NCBI GenBank assembly: GCA_903894995.1
Contig: CAITSG010000156.1
Span: 13,240-77,239, forward strand
Origin: an uncultured Burkholderiales bacterium
GTDB taxonomy: Bacteria; Pseudomonadota; Gammaproteobacteria; Burkholderiales; Burkholderiaceae_C
Reading direction: 5' to 3'
DNA: 64,000 nucleotides
Under the pieces are notes generated by a model. The model did not search any database, was not told the origin of the DNA, and worked only from the letters and a program-made list of their open reading frames with translations. Shown here in pieces: positions 22,888 to 32,015 of this stretch. The position numbers were made by a program, and so were the translations under genes. Position 1 is the stretch's first letter. Each line of letters opens with the position of its first letter.

Positions 22888-23456
22888 TGTCTGTCACCGA
22901 GGTCATCGGTTTCGTTTTGGGTTTGACGATGGTCCTGTGCAGCATCCGCGAACTGCACTGGAGCTGGCCACTGGCCATTCTCAGCGCCCTGCTCTACTTT
23001 TTTGTGTTCAAGGACAGTTTGCTTTATGGCGAAGCGGGCTTGCAACTGGTGTTCATTGCTTTGGCTTTGTGGGGCTGGTGGCAATGGCTGCGCCAAGGTG
23101 AAGATGCGCAGCCTGCATTGGTGATCCATCGTCTGACTGTGCGTGGCTGGTGGGGAGTGCTGATCGCCAGCGCTGTGTTGTGGCCCACGCTGGCCCTGTT
23201 GTTGCAGCGCTTCACCGACAGCGATGTGGCCTGGTGGGACGCCTTGCCTACAGCCCTGAGCTTGGTGGGTCAGGCCTTGCTGGGACGTAAATACATCGAA
23301 AACTGGCTTGTCTGGCTGGTCGTCAACACCATCAGTGTGGCGCTGTTTGCCCACAAAGGACTTTGGCTGACTTGTGTGTTGTATGGGTTGTTCACGCTCA
23401 TGAGCGTATGGGGTTGGCGCGAGTGGCAAGCCCGACTGAAGGCAGCACAAGCATGA
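22884..23456 (+). CDS. pnuC: nicotinamide riboside transporter PnuC
   Basis: LYFFVFKDSLLYGEAGLQLVFIALALWGWWQW and ENWLVWLVVNTISV are PnuC-like. Confidence 0.8.
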   Translation: MMSVTEVIGFVLGLTMVLCSIRELHWSWPLAILSALLYFFVFKDSLLYGEAGLQLVFIALALWGWWQWLRQGEDAQPALVIHRLTVRGWWGVLIASAVLWPTLALLLQRFTDSDVAWWDALPTALSLVGQALLGRKYIENWLVWLVVNTISVALFAHKGLWLTCVLYGLFTLMSVWGWREWQARLKAAQA

Positions 23457-24118
23457 GTGCCCAACGCATTGCCATCGTCGGTGCCGAAAGCACCGGCAAG
23501 TCCTGGTTGACGCAAGCCTTGACCGCAGTGATGCGCATGCGTGGGCAAACGGTGTACCCAGTCGATGAATTTTTGCGCAGCTGGTGCGACCGTGAAGGCC
23601 GCACACCCCAGACCCATGAGCAGAAGGGCATTGCGCAAGCGCAAGCTCAGGCCGTGGAACAGGCACCGATCGGCTGGGTCATTTCAGACACCACGCCCCT
23701 GATGACGGCCGTCTACAGCCACATGCTGTTTGAGGATGAGAGCCTCTACCCCATGGCTTTGGCGCATCAGGCCTTGTACGACCACACCCTGATCATGGGT
23801 CTGGACTTGCCTTGGGTGGCCGATGACATTCAGCGCGATGGCCCGCATGTGCGCGGCCCGGTAGACACCTTGGTGCGTCAGGCACTGGACAGAGAAGGCA
23901 TCAGCTACCGCGTGGTTTACGGACAAGGCCACCAACGGCTCAACAATGCCCTTCTGGCTTTGGGTCTGCCTGGCGAAGACGATGCCGCCCGCCTGGTTCG
24001 CGAAAACGCACAATTTGCCATCAACCAAGGCCGCACCGTGTGGCAGTGCAATGAATGCAGCGACCCCGAGTGCGAACACAAGCTGTTCACGGGTCTGCTG
24101 GCGCAGCGCTCAACCTGA
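23453..24118 (+). CDS. P-loop ATPase related to the ribosylnicotinamide-kinase domain of NadR
   Basis: Walker A IAIVGAESTGKS (compare NadR GGESSGKS). ATGA overlap with pnuC. There is no HTH or NMNAT domain. Confidence 0.65.
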   Translation: MSAQRIAIVGAESTGKSWLTQALTAVMRMRGQTVYPVDEFLRSWCDREGRTPQTHEQKGIAQAQAQAVEQAPIGWVISDTTPLMTAVYSHMLFEDESLYPMALAHQALYDHTLIMGLDLPWVADDIQRDGPHVRGPVDTLVRQALDREGISYRVVYGQGHQRLNNALLALGLPGEDDAARLVRENAQFAINQGRTVWQCNECSDPECEHKLFTGLLAQRST

Positions 24119-24154
24119 TCACCTGCAGGTCGGCACTCGCAGAGCCCGAGGTTT

Positions 24155-25141
24155 TCAGTGCACCGAGCCGCCCGGGACATCGGCAGGCAAACCGGTGAAC
24201 AAGCCGGCCGCATCCACCGGGTCAAAACGGTATTGCGCACCACAAAAATCGCAACCCACTTCCACCTGACCTTGTTCAGCGATGATGCCTTCCACCTCTT
24301 CGGCGCCCAAGCTGCGGATCATGCGGCCCACGCGCTCGCGGTTGCAGCGGCAGGCAAAACGCGGGCCGATCCCGCCCATCAAGGGCTCAAAGCGTGCCAG
24401 CGGCTCCTCCCAATACAAGCGGTGCAAGATCGTCTCGGCGTCCAGCCCCAGCAACTCTTCGCGCTTGATGCTTTTGGTCAAAATCGAGATGCGGCTGAAG
24501 TCTTCGCTTTGGCCCAGCACCGACTCGCGCATCAACGAATCCACCTGCCCGGCCAGATTGCCCTCGCCCTCAATGGGTAAACGCTGAATCAACAAGCCAG
24601 CCGCCACCTTGTCATCGGCCGCCAGCACCAGCACCGTGTCGAGCTGCTCGGACTGCAGCATGTAGTGCTCCAGCACCTCGCTGATGTTTTCCAGCTTTTC
24701 ACCCTGGTCGCCAAACAAAGGCACCACACCTTGGTAAGGCTGCTGGCCCGGCATGCGGTCCAGCGGGTCAAGGGTAATCGCGCAGCGGCCCTCGTTGTTC
24801 ACGTTGACCATTTGGCTGAGCGTTGCGTCTTCAGCCACTTCGCCAACCCGGGTGCAGGTGGCCCGCAGGCTCAAGTCGGGTTGCACCTCGACCACGCCCA
24901 GCTTGACTGGGCCGTCACCAAAGATCTGCAGCACCAAAGCGCCGTTGAATTTGATGTTGCCCTGCATCAATACGCCGGCAGCAGCCATCTCGCCCAGCAA
25001 CTGTCGCACGGGTGCGGGGTAAGCGCCGGTCTCGGAGTTGGCCGCGCGGCGCGCCAGGATGTCTTGCCAAGCGTCGGTCAGGCGCACCAGCATGCCACGC
25101 ACCGGCAGGCCTTCGAAAATGAATTTATGGAGTTCGGACAA
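24155..25141 (-). CDS. hslO: Hsp33 family redox-regulated chaperone
   Basis: C-terminal zinc centre CRCNRERV...CDFCGAQYRF, and an N-terminal LVRLTDAW pattern. Confidence 0.88.
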   Translation of the reverse strand: MSELHKFIFEGLPVRGMLVRLTDAWQDILARRAANSETGAYPAPVRQLLGEMAAAGVLMQGNIKFNGALVLQIFGDGPVKLGVVEVQPDLSLRATCTRVGEVAEDATLSQMVNVNNEGRCAITLDPLDRMPGQQPYQGVVPLFGDQGEKLENISEVLEHYMLQSEQLDTVLVLAADDKVAAGLLIQRLPIEGEGNLAGQVDSLMRESVLGQSEDFSRISILTKSIKREELLGLDAETILHRLYWEEPLARFEPLMGGIGPRFACRCNRERVGRMIRSLGAEEVEGIIAEQGQVEVGCDFCGAQYRFDPVDAAGLFTGLPADVPGGSVH

Positions 25142-25219
25142 AGTTCAATCGACGGCCCCGTGGAGCCGATCCTCAAAAGTTAAAAAGCGTTAAGACTGGC
25201 CAAAAGATCATCCCTAACA

Positions 25220-25744
25220 TCAGCTGATTTTTTTCAGGCCTGCCTTGAAGCGCCGGGCGTTTTCCACATAGTGGCGGGCGCTTTGGCGCAGGCCTTCGAT
25301 CTGCTCAGGGCTCAACTCTCGCACCACCTTGGCGGGCGTGCCCATGATCATGGAACCATCGGGAAATTCCTTGCCCTCGGTCACGAGCGAGCCCGCTCCC
25401 ACCAGACAATTTTTGCCGATCTTCGCCCCATTGAGCACCACCGCGCCAATGCCGATCAGCGACTCGTCGCCAATCGTGCAGCCGTGCAGCATGACCATGT
25501 GGCCCACCGTGACGTGTTTGCCGACCTTGATCGGTTTGCCGTGGTCGGCGTGCATCACGCTGCCGTCCTGGATGTTGCTGCCCTCGCCGATCTCAATCGT
25601 CTCGGTGTCGCCGCGCACCGTCACACCAAACCAGACACTGGCGTCGGCCGCGATTTTGACCGCGCCCATGACCTGCGCGTTGTCGGCCACCCAGGCGCTG
25701 TCGGCCACGTCGGGGGTTTGATCGTCCAGTTGGTAAAGGGCCAT
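25220..25744 (-). CDS. gamma-class carbonic anhydrase family (hexapeptide-repeat) protein
   Basis: [31 protein letters not shown]...[10 protein letters not shown]...[12 protein letters not shown]. Confidence 0.85.
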   Translation of the reverse strand: MALYQLDDQTPDVADSAWVADNAQVMGAVKIAADASVWFGVTVRGDTETIEIGEGSNIQDGSVMHADHGKPIKVGKHVTVGHMVMLHGCTIGDESLIGIGAVVLNGAKIGKNCLVGAGSLVTEGKEFPDGSMIMGTPAKVVRELSPEQIEGLRQSARHYVENARRFKAGLKKIS

Positions 25745-25830
25745 GGGTCTCTCCTGTCGGTGTTGCGGTTTTGAAAACCTACAATTGTAGAGATGCCCAC
25801 CACCGGCCGTGGGCGCAGCCACCGATCACC

Positions 25831-26610
25831 ATGCACACCCTGCGCACCGCCGCCCTGATCCCTTGGGCACAAACCGACCCGAACCTGAAAGCCCAGGCCA
25901 CTTTGGCACTGGACCTGAGCCTGACCGTGGGCGCAGGCGACAGCCTGAGAGCAGCCACTCCTGGCCCCGGCCGCGCCACCCGACCGGTGCTTGTGCCCCA
26001 CACCCAGCTCAAAGCCAAATCCATGGCCACGCCCGAGGGCCGGGCCATGTTGGTGCACTCGATTGCCCACATCGAGCTCAACGCCATCGACTTGGCGCTC
26101 GACGTGGTCTGGCGCTTTGCGGACATGCCCGAGGCTTTTTACACCGACTGGGTGCGCATTGCCCAAGAAGAGGCCAAACACTTCTTGCTGCTGCGCAATC
26201 ACCTGGTGAGCCTGGGTTTTGACTACGGCGACTTTCCGGCGCACAACACCCTGTGGGACATGGCCGAGCGCACCAAGGACGACATTCTGGCCCGCATCGG
26301 CATCGTGCCCCGCACCATGGAGGCACGGGGCTTGGACGCCTCACCCGGCGTCAAAAACAAGCTGGTGAGCGTGGGCGACCACCGAGCGGGTGAGATTTTG
26401 GACATCATCCTGACCGATGAGATTGGCCATGTGGCCGCAGGCAACCACTGGTACCGCTACCTGTGCGATCAACGCGGGCTGGACCCGGTCAGCACCTTTG
26501 CCCGGCTGATCGCGCAATATGACGCCCCCAAACTGCGCCCGCCCTTCAACATGGCGGCGCGCCAATCTGCAGGCTTCAGTACCGAAGAGCTGCAACTGCT
26601 TGGGCAGTGA
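25831..26610 (+). CDS. ferritin-like DUF455 family protein
   Basis: HSIAHIELNAIDLALD...EEAKHF...DEIGHVAAGNHWY gives a di-iron four-helix-bundle signature. Start chosen at MHTLRTAAL. Confidence 0.7.
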   Translation: MHTLRTAALIPWAQTDPNLKAQATLALDLSLTVGAGDSLRAATPGPGRATRPVLVPHTQLKAKSMATPEGRAMLVHSIAHIELNAIDLALDVVWRFADMPEAFYTDWVRIAQEEAKHFLLLRNHLVSLGFDYGDFPAHNTLWDMAERTKDDILARIGIVPRTMEARGLDASPGVKNKLVSVGDHRAGEILDIILTDEIGHVAAGNHWYRYLCDQRGLDPVSTFARLIAQYDAPKLRPPFNMAARQSAGFSTEELQLLGQ

Positions 26611-28152
26611 TCAGTCCCTTTGCGTCAAGCCCGCTGGCGATGCCGCATAGCCCGTGAGGGTTTTGTCGGCGTGCTTGAGACGCCAGTTGAGCATTTTTTG
26701 CGCATAGGCCAGCACCAAGGCAGCGTATTCGGGGTCTTGCGCGCAGTTGTGCAGCTGCTCGGGGTCTTTGCGCAAATCAAAGAACAATGGCGGCAGTGCG
26801 GCAAAGTGAACGTACTTGTACTGCTCATCTTGCACCACGGCCAAGGCACTTTCGTCCATGTCGGTGCCCAACACGTCTTCCGGCTGAGAGTAATAAATGT
26901 TGCGGAAGTCAAATTCGTAATGCACTTCGGTCCGCCAGTTTTTGGGCGCTTGACCACTGTGCAAAAACGGCAACAGTGAAGCGCCATCACAGGCACGCGG
27001 GATGGCTTGACCCATCCAATCCAAAATGGTGGGCATGGTGTCCACGGTCTCGGTGAACTGGCGAACAATTTGGCCCCGTGTGGCATCGGATTGAACACCA
27101 GGATCGCGAACAATCATCGGGATGTGAAAGCTCTCATCGAAATAGCCGATCTTGCCAAGCAGGTGGTGGTCACCCAACTGCTCGCCGTGGTCGCTGGTCA
27201 ACACCACCAAGGTGTTGTCCCACTGGCCCGTTTCCTTGAGGAACTTGAAAACCCGACCGATCTGGTCGTCCACCTCGCTCATCAGGCCGTAATAGGTGGC
27301 GCGCATTTGACGCACTTCGGCTTCGTCCATCTGGCTGGCCAAGCCCTGGCCGTTTTGGAAAAAGCTCTTGCGTGCAATATTGTCCAAATAAAACTTGAGC
27401 ATGGGATGCTGCTCGCCTTCCGCTTGCGGTGAAGCGGCTCGGATCGGTGCGGGGCATTGCGCCGGGTCGTACATGTCGTGGTAAGGCGCAGGCGCTGCAA
27501 AAGGTGGGTGGGGACGGTAGTAACCCAGATGCAAAAACCAGGGCTTGTTTTGTACGCTGCGCAAATAGTCCAAGCCCTTGTCGGTGAACCAAGTGGTGTC
27601 AGACAAGTGCGCAGGAATGCGGCTGGGCCTTGCAGTGGCCCCGACGTCATGGGCCTCCAAGCCTTCGGGCAACCAAATGTCCCAGGGGTTGTCGGGCAAC
27701 TTCACCCCTTGAGCAGCAAGCCAGCCAAAGTAGGCTTCCATTTTCAGGCCCCATGAACCGACCGATTTCCAGCCCTCCATGTCGGCGCCCAAAACGGTGT
27801 AGCGAGGGTCTTGTGCGGCCGTGACGCGTGGGTCTGGCGTGGTGGTGGTGTAGCCGACCAAAGCAGGCTCATAACCGGCCTTACGCACCTCTAAAGCGAT
27901 GTTGGTGTGGCGTGCATCGAGCGGGATGGTGTTTTGCACCGCCCGGTGGTTCATCATGTACAGACCGGTGAGCAAACTGGCGCGACCTGGCCCGCAAGGC
28001 ACGGCTTGCGTGTAGTGGCGCGCAAAGGTCACGCCCTCGCTGGCCAGGGATTCAATGTTGGGCGTTTTGATAAGCGGATGGCCCAGCATGGGCAATGTGT
28101 CGCCACGCCATTGGTCAACCACGATGAGCAAAACGTTTTTGTGTTGGTGCAT
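26611..28152 (-). CDS. sulfatase-family hydrolase (arylsulfatase / phosphonate-monoester-hydrolase-like)
   Basis: NVLLIVVDQWRGD metal site, formylglycine signature CGPGRASLLTG (C-x-P-x-R-x3-L-T-G), and VLTSDHGE. Confidence 0.82.
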   Translation of the reverse strand: MHQHKNVLLIVVDQWRGDTLPMLGHPLIKTPNIESLASEGVTFARHYTQAVPCGPGRASLLTGLYMMNHRAVQNTIPLDARHTNIALEVRKAGYEPALVGYTTTTPDPRVTAAQDPRYTVLGADMEGWKSVGSWGLKMEAYFGWLAAQGVKLPDNPWDIWLPEGLEAHDVGATARPSRIPAHLSDTTWFTDKGLDYLRSVQNKPWFLHLGYYRPHPPFAAPAPYHDMYDPAQCPAPIRAASPQAEGEQHPMLKFYLDNIARKSFFQNGQGLASQMDEAEVRQMRATYYGLMSEVDDQIGRVFKFLKETGQWDNTLVVLTSDHGEQLGDHHLLGKIGYFDESFHIPMIVRDPGVQSDATRGQIVRQFTETVDTMPTILDWMGQAIPRACDGASLLPFLHSGQAPKNWRTEVHYEFDFRNIYYSQPEDVLGTDMDESALAVVQDEQYKYVHFAALPPLFFDLRKDPEQLHNCAQDPEYAALVLAYAQKMLNWRLKHADKTLTGYAASPAGLTQRD

Positions 28153-28178
28153 AAGGGTCTTTCGTCTGGGGATAAGTT

Positions 28179-29078
28179 TCAATTCAAGGTCGGATCCAGC
28201 AGGTCACGCAACCAGTCGCCCAGCATGCTGACTGAGAACGTGGTGACCACAATGAACAGACTCGGCGCAAGCAAAATCCAGGGCGCCGATTGCAGGTATT
28301 CACGGCCATAACCGACCATATTGCCCAAGCTGGTCATGGGGGGTTGAACCCCCAAGCCCAAAAAGGACAGACCGGATTCCAACAAAATGACCTCTGGAAA
28401 TGTCAGCGTGACGCTCACGATCAAGGTGCTGGCAATGTTGGGCAGGATGTGCCGCAGGTAAACACGCCAAGGCGATGCGCCCAGGTCATAAACTGCGGAT
28501 GCGTAGCCTTGCTCATTGGCGGCAATCGTCAAGCCCCGCGCAATGCGCGCAGACCGCTCCCAGCCATAAAAGCCCATCAAGGCGATGAACAAAACCAAGG
28601 TGTTTCCAAAAAAAGCCAACACGGCCAGCGCAATGATCATGAACGGCATCGAGGCCTGGAAATCCACCAAGGTCAAGACCAACTGCTCCACCCAGCCTCT
28701 GAAATGCGCGGCAGCAAAGCCCATCAACACGCCCACAGTGGCCGACAACAGGGTGCTGATGAAGGCCACCAGCAAACTGATGCGGACCGAATGGAACAAG
28801 CGTGACAGCACATCGCGCCCTAATTCATCCGTTCCAAGCCAGTGGTCTGGACTGCCGCCCCAGAACGCGGGTGGGCTCAGGCGGTTCAACAAATCCAGCT
28901 GGCTGTAGCTGTAAGGCGAAATCAAATCGGCGGACAAGGCGATCCCTAAAACCACCACAATCCACAGCGAGCACAGCCTGACCAACAGGGGCATCGATCG
29001 GATGAGTTGGATTGCAGATTGCGCCAAAGACGGAGAGGCCGCAGTCTGGCTTTGTTCAGGCAAGGACGGGGTGGTCAT
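28179..29078 (-). CDS. ABC transporter permease (DppC/OppC-like)
   Basis: WLGTDELGRDVLSRL and an EAA-like ARIARGLTIAANEQGYASA loop. Confidence 0.88.
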   Translation of the reverse strand: MTTPSLPEQSQTAASPSLAQSAIQLIRSMPLLVRLCSLWIVVVLGIALSADLISPYSYSQLDLLNRLSPPAFWGGSPDHWLGTDELGRDVLSRLFHSVRISLLVAFISTLLSATVGVLMGFAAAHFRGWVEQLVLTLVDFQASMPFMIIALAVLAFFGNTLVLFIALMGFYGWERSARIARGLTIAANEQGYASAVYDLGASPWRVYLRHILPNIASTLIVSVTLTFPEVILLESGLSFLGLGVQPPMTSLGNMVGYGREYLQSAPWILLAPSLFIVVTTFSVSMLGDWLRDLLDPTLN

Positions 29079-30016
29079 ACTTTTTTTCCTTGTGCGGCTT
29101 GGCCTGAGCGAACACGCGGATCAATCCATCCGTAAAGGATGTCCACCATCAAATTGGCCGACACCATGGTGGTGGCCACCAACAACAAAAGACTTTGCAC
29201 CACCGCCAAGTCCCTGTTGGCCACGGAGGTCACCAACAAGCGGCCAACCCCTGGCCAAGAGAAAACACTTTCCACCACCACCGCACCCGCGATCAAGCTG
29301 CCAACCATGAAACCAATCACCGTCAGCGTCGGGATGGCCGCATTGGGCATGGCGTGGTGCAGCACAACGCGACGCCAGACCAATCCCTTGGCACTGGCCG
29401 TGCGGATATAAGATTGCCCCATGACTTCGAGCATGGCAGATCGGGTGAACCGGGCCAGCACCGCAGCGCCGCCCAAACTGAGGGTGATCACAGGCAATAT
29501 GGCGTGCTGCCAAGTGGCGTCTCCCCCGCTGGGCAGCCACCCCAAGCCCACCGCAAAAACCAGCACCAGCACCAAACCCAAGACAAAACTGGGCATGGTG
29601 TAGCCGGCAATCGACAGACTGATCAAGAACCGGTCAATCCAGGTGTTGCGATGCAGCGCGGCATAAACACCTGCAGAAATACCGATCAGCAGCTTTAATG
29701 CAAAGGCCGGAAGGGCCAAGCTGAGCGTGGCTGGGATGCGGGCCAAAACCAAATCCATGGCCGGGCTTTTGTCGCGCATCGAGTAACCAAAATTTCCCTG
29801 CGCAAGGTTTTTAAAATAACCAAGATACTGCTGCCACAAGGGGGCGTCCAAACCCCACCCTTTGCGAAAAGCCTTCAGGGCTTCCGGCGGCGCGTCGGCA
29901 GACATGATCAACATGGCGGGATCCCCGGTGGATCGCAGGATCAAAAAAGCAAAACTGAGCACCAAGAACAAAGTCAAGAGTCCGCGTAAAAACCGGATCA
30001 CCAAAAATCGCATCAT
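29075..30016 (-). CDS. ABC transporter permease (DppB/OppB-like)
   Basis: MMRFLVIRFLRGLLTLFLVLSF... and YIRTASAKGL; 4-nt overlaps with both neighbours. Confidence 0.88.
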   Translation of the reverse strand: MMRFLVIRFLRGLLTLFLVLSFAFLILRSTGDPAMLIMSADAPPEALKAFRKGWGLDAPLWQQYLGYFKNLAQGNFGYSMRDKSPAMDLVLARIPATLSLALPAFALKLLIGISAGVYAALHRNTWIDRFLISLSIAGYTMPSFVLGLVLVLVFAVGLGWLPSGGDATWQHAILPVITLSLGGAAVLARFTRSAMLEVMGQSYIRTASAKGLVWRRVVLHHAMPNAAIPTLTVIGFMVGSLIAGAVVVESVFSWPGVGRLLVTSVANRDLAVVQSLLLLVATTMVSANLMVDILYGWIDPRVRSGQAAQGKKV

Positions 30017-31023
30017 GCGAGGGACTCCAAAGGTGCATCGGGCATACCAGCGGGCTCTGAGACCAAATGACAGGCGACTTGACGCTCAGAGTTCATAGGG
30101 GTCAACCGCGGCGGCACCTCACGGCAAATGGCTTGCGCATGCGGGCATCGATTTTGAAAAACACAACCACTTTGCAGTGACAGCGGGCTGGGAGGATCAC
30201 CTTGCAAAATGTGCCGCTTCGGGTTGCTTCGTTGCCAAAGTGATGGCACCGAAGACACCAAAGCTTGGGAATAAGGGTGCAAGGGTTCGCTGAACAATGG
30301 CTGGGGAGGTGCCTGCTCCACGATGTGCCCCAAATACATCACCGCCACTTGGTCACTGACTTGACGCACCACCTTGAGGTCGTGGCTGATGAACAAATAG
30401 GCCACACCCATTCGCTCTTGGACGTCTTGCAACAAATTGATCACTTGGGCCTGAATCGACACGTCCAAGGCCGACACGGGTTCATCACACACCAACAAGC
30501 TGGGCTTGAGAATGAGGGCGCGCGCGAGCACCACACGCTGGCGTTGCCCACCCGAAAGCTCATGCGGATAGCGTTGCCACAAGGGCTTCGGAAGCCCCAT
30601 GGAGGCCATCAAGTCCTGAGCCTGCTCCACCCTGGAAAGCGCATCACCCAAGCCGTGAATCACCAAAGGCTCCAGCACTTGCGAGATCACATTCAAACGC
30701 CTGTCCAATGCCCCCAGCGGGTTTTGGTAGACCATTTGCATGTTTTGCCGCTGGGCTCGCCAAGTCGCATCACGCTTCGCCGCGACGGGCTGGCCGTTGA
30801 ACAACACTTGGCCTTGGGTGGCCTCGGTCAAGCCCAGCACGAGACGTGCCGTGGTGGTTTTGCCGCAACCAGACTCACCCACCAAGCCGAGGGTTTGGCC
30901 CGCGTTCAAATCAAATGAAATGCCATCGACGGCGCGCAAGTTGGCTTTACGCTGACGCCAGCCTTCAGGCACGCTCACCTGAAAGTGTTTGCGCAACTCT
31001 TGAACTTGAAGCAATGGGGTCAT
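30013..31023 (-). CDS. ABC transporter ATP-binding protein (DppF/OppF-like)
   Basis: Walker A GESGCGKTT, signature LSGGQRQRV, Walker B LLVCDEPVSALD. Start at MTPLLQV (ATGA overlap with the upstream gene). Confidence 0.9.
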   Translation of the reverse strand: MTPLLQVQELRKHFQVSVPEGWRQRKANLRAVDGISFDLNAGQTLGLVGESGCGKTTTARLVLGLTEATQGQVLFNGQPVAAKRDATWRAQRQNMQMVYQNPLGALDRRLNVISQVLEPLVIHGLGDALSRVEQAQDLMASMGLPKPLWQRYPHELSGGQRQRVVLARALILKPSLLVCDEPVSALDVSIQAQVINLLQDVQERMGVAYLFISHDLKVVRQVSDQVAVMYLGHIVEQAPPQPLFSEPLHPYSQALVSSVPSLWQRSNPKRHILQGDPPSPLSLQSGCVFQNRCPHAQAICREVPPRLTPMNSERQVACHLVSEPAGMPDAPLESLA

Positions 31024-32015
31024 GGTGTCGCCAAAAAACAAGCCACTTGGTGGTCAGGCTCAACAAGAGAAAGCGTCGGTACAAACCCCCTGCACTGCGC
31101 CATCGAGTGGGCACATCGGGGCTCAAAGCTGCAGCCTTTGGGCAATCGGCCCGCTTCAGGCACTTGGCCCGGAATGGCCGTCAGGCGTTTTTGGGGTGAA
31201 GCCACATCGGGCACACAAGACAACAAACCCTGCGTGTAAGGATGCTTGGCGGTGCGAAACAAGTTGTCGGTCGCTGCAATTTCGGCAGCGCGTCCCGCGT
31301 ACATCACCATGACCCGCGAGCACTCTTGCGCAATCACACTCAGGTCATGAGAAATCAAGACCATGGCCATGCCCTGATCTCGGCGCACTTCCGACAGCAA
31401 ATCCAAAATTTGGGCTTGAATGGTGGCGTCCAAGGCGGTGGTCGGCTCGTCCGCGATCAGCAAATCCGGCTCTCCAGCCAACGCCATGGCAATCATGACG
31501 CGCTGGTTCATACCGCCAGACAGTTCATGCGGATAGGCATCGAAGCGTTGACGCGCATTGGGAATGTGCACCTGATCCAACAAACGCACCGCTTGCGCAC
31601 GGGCGGCCTCACCTTGGAGTCCTTTGTGCAAACTCACGGCTTCTACCAGCTGCTGCCCGATCCGGTGCACAGGATTCAAAGCCGAGGCGGGATCCTGAAA
31701 AATCATGGCGATGCGACGCCCGCGAATCAAAGACAAAGCCTTGTCACTCAGGCCATCAAAACGTTCACCCGCCAGACGAAATTCACCTTGAACCTGGGCA
31801 TTCGCTCCGAGCAGTCCCAAAGCGGCCAGCCAGGTCACGCTTTTGCCGCAACCGGACTCGCCGACCATGCCCAAAGACTCGCCCGCATGGACTTCCAAAT
31901 CAAGGCCATGGAGCACCTGGACTTGCGACGCGCCAGATCCAAAGCTCACCGTCAGCCCACGCAGACTCACCAAAACTTGAGGGGGGTGAGGCTGGTGGGT
32001 AGCAGTTTCTGTCAT
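31020..32015 (-). CDS. ABC transporter ATP-binding protein (DppD/OppD-like)
   Basis: [34 protein letters not shown]. Start chosen at MTETATH, overlapping the SBP stop. Confidence 0.88.
   Translation of the reverse strand: MTETATHQPHPPQVLVSLRGLTVSFGSGASQVQVLHGLDLEVHAGESLGMVGESGCGKSVTWLAALGLLGANAQVQGEFRLAGERFDGLSDKALSLIRGRRIAMIFQDPASALNPVHRIGQQLVEAVSLHKGLQGEAARAQAVRLLDQVHIPNARQRFDAYPHELSGGMNQRVMIAMALAGEPDLLIADEPTTALDATIQAQILDLLSEVRRDQGMAMVLISHDLSVIAQECSRVMVMYAGRAAEIAATDNLFRTAKHPYTQGLLSCVPDVASPQKRLTAIPGQVPEAGRLPKGCSFEPRCAHSMAQCRGFVPTLSLVEPDHQVACFLATP

Noticed and set aside
26605-26616. Convergent DUF455 and sulfatase genes end back-to-back with zero spacer, so their stops form TGATCA.
   Set aside because: It is a curiosity of tight packing. 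No hairpin or other element is present and nothing functional can be inferred.
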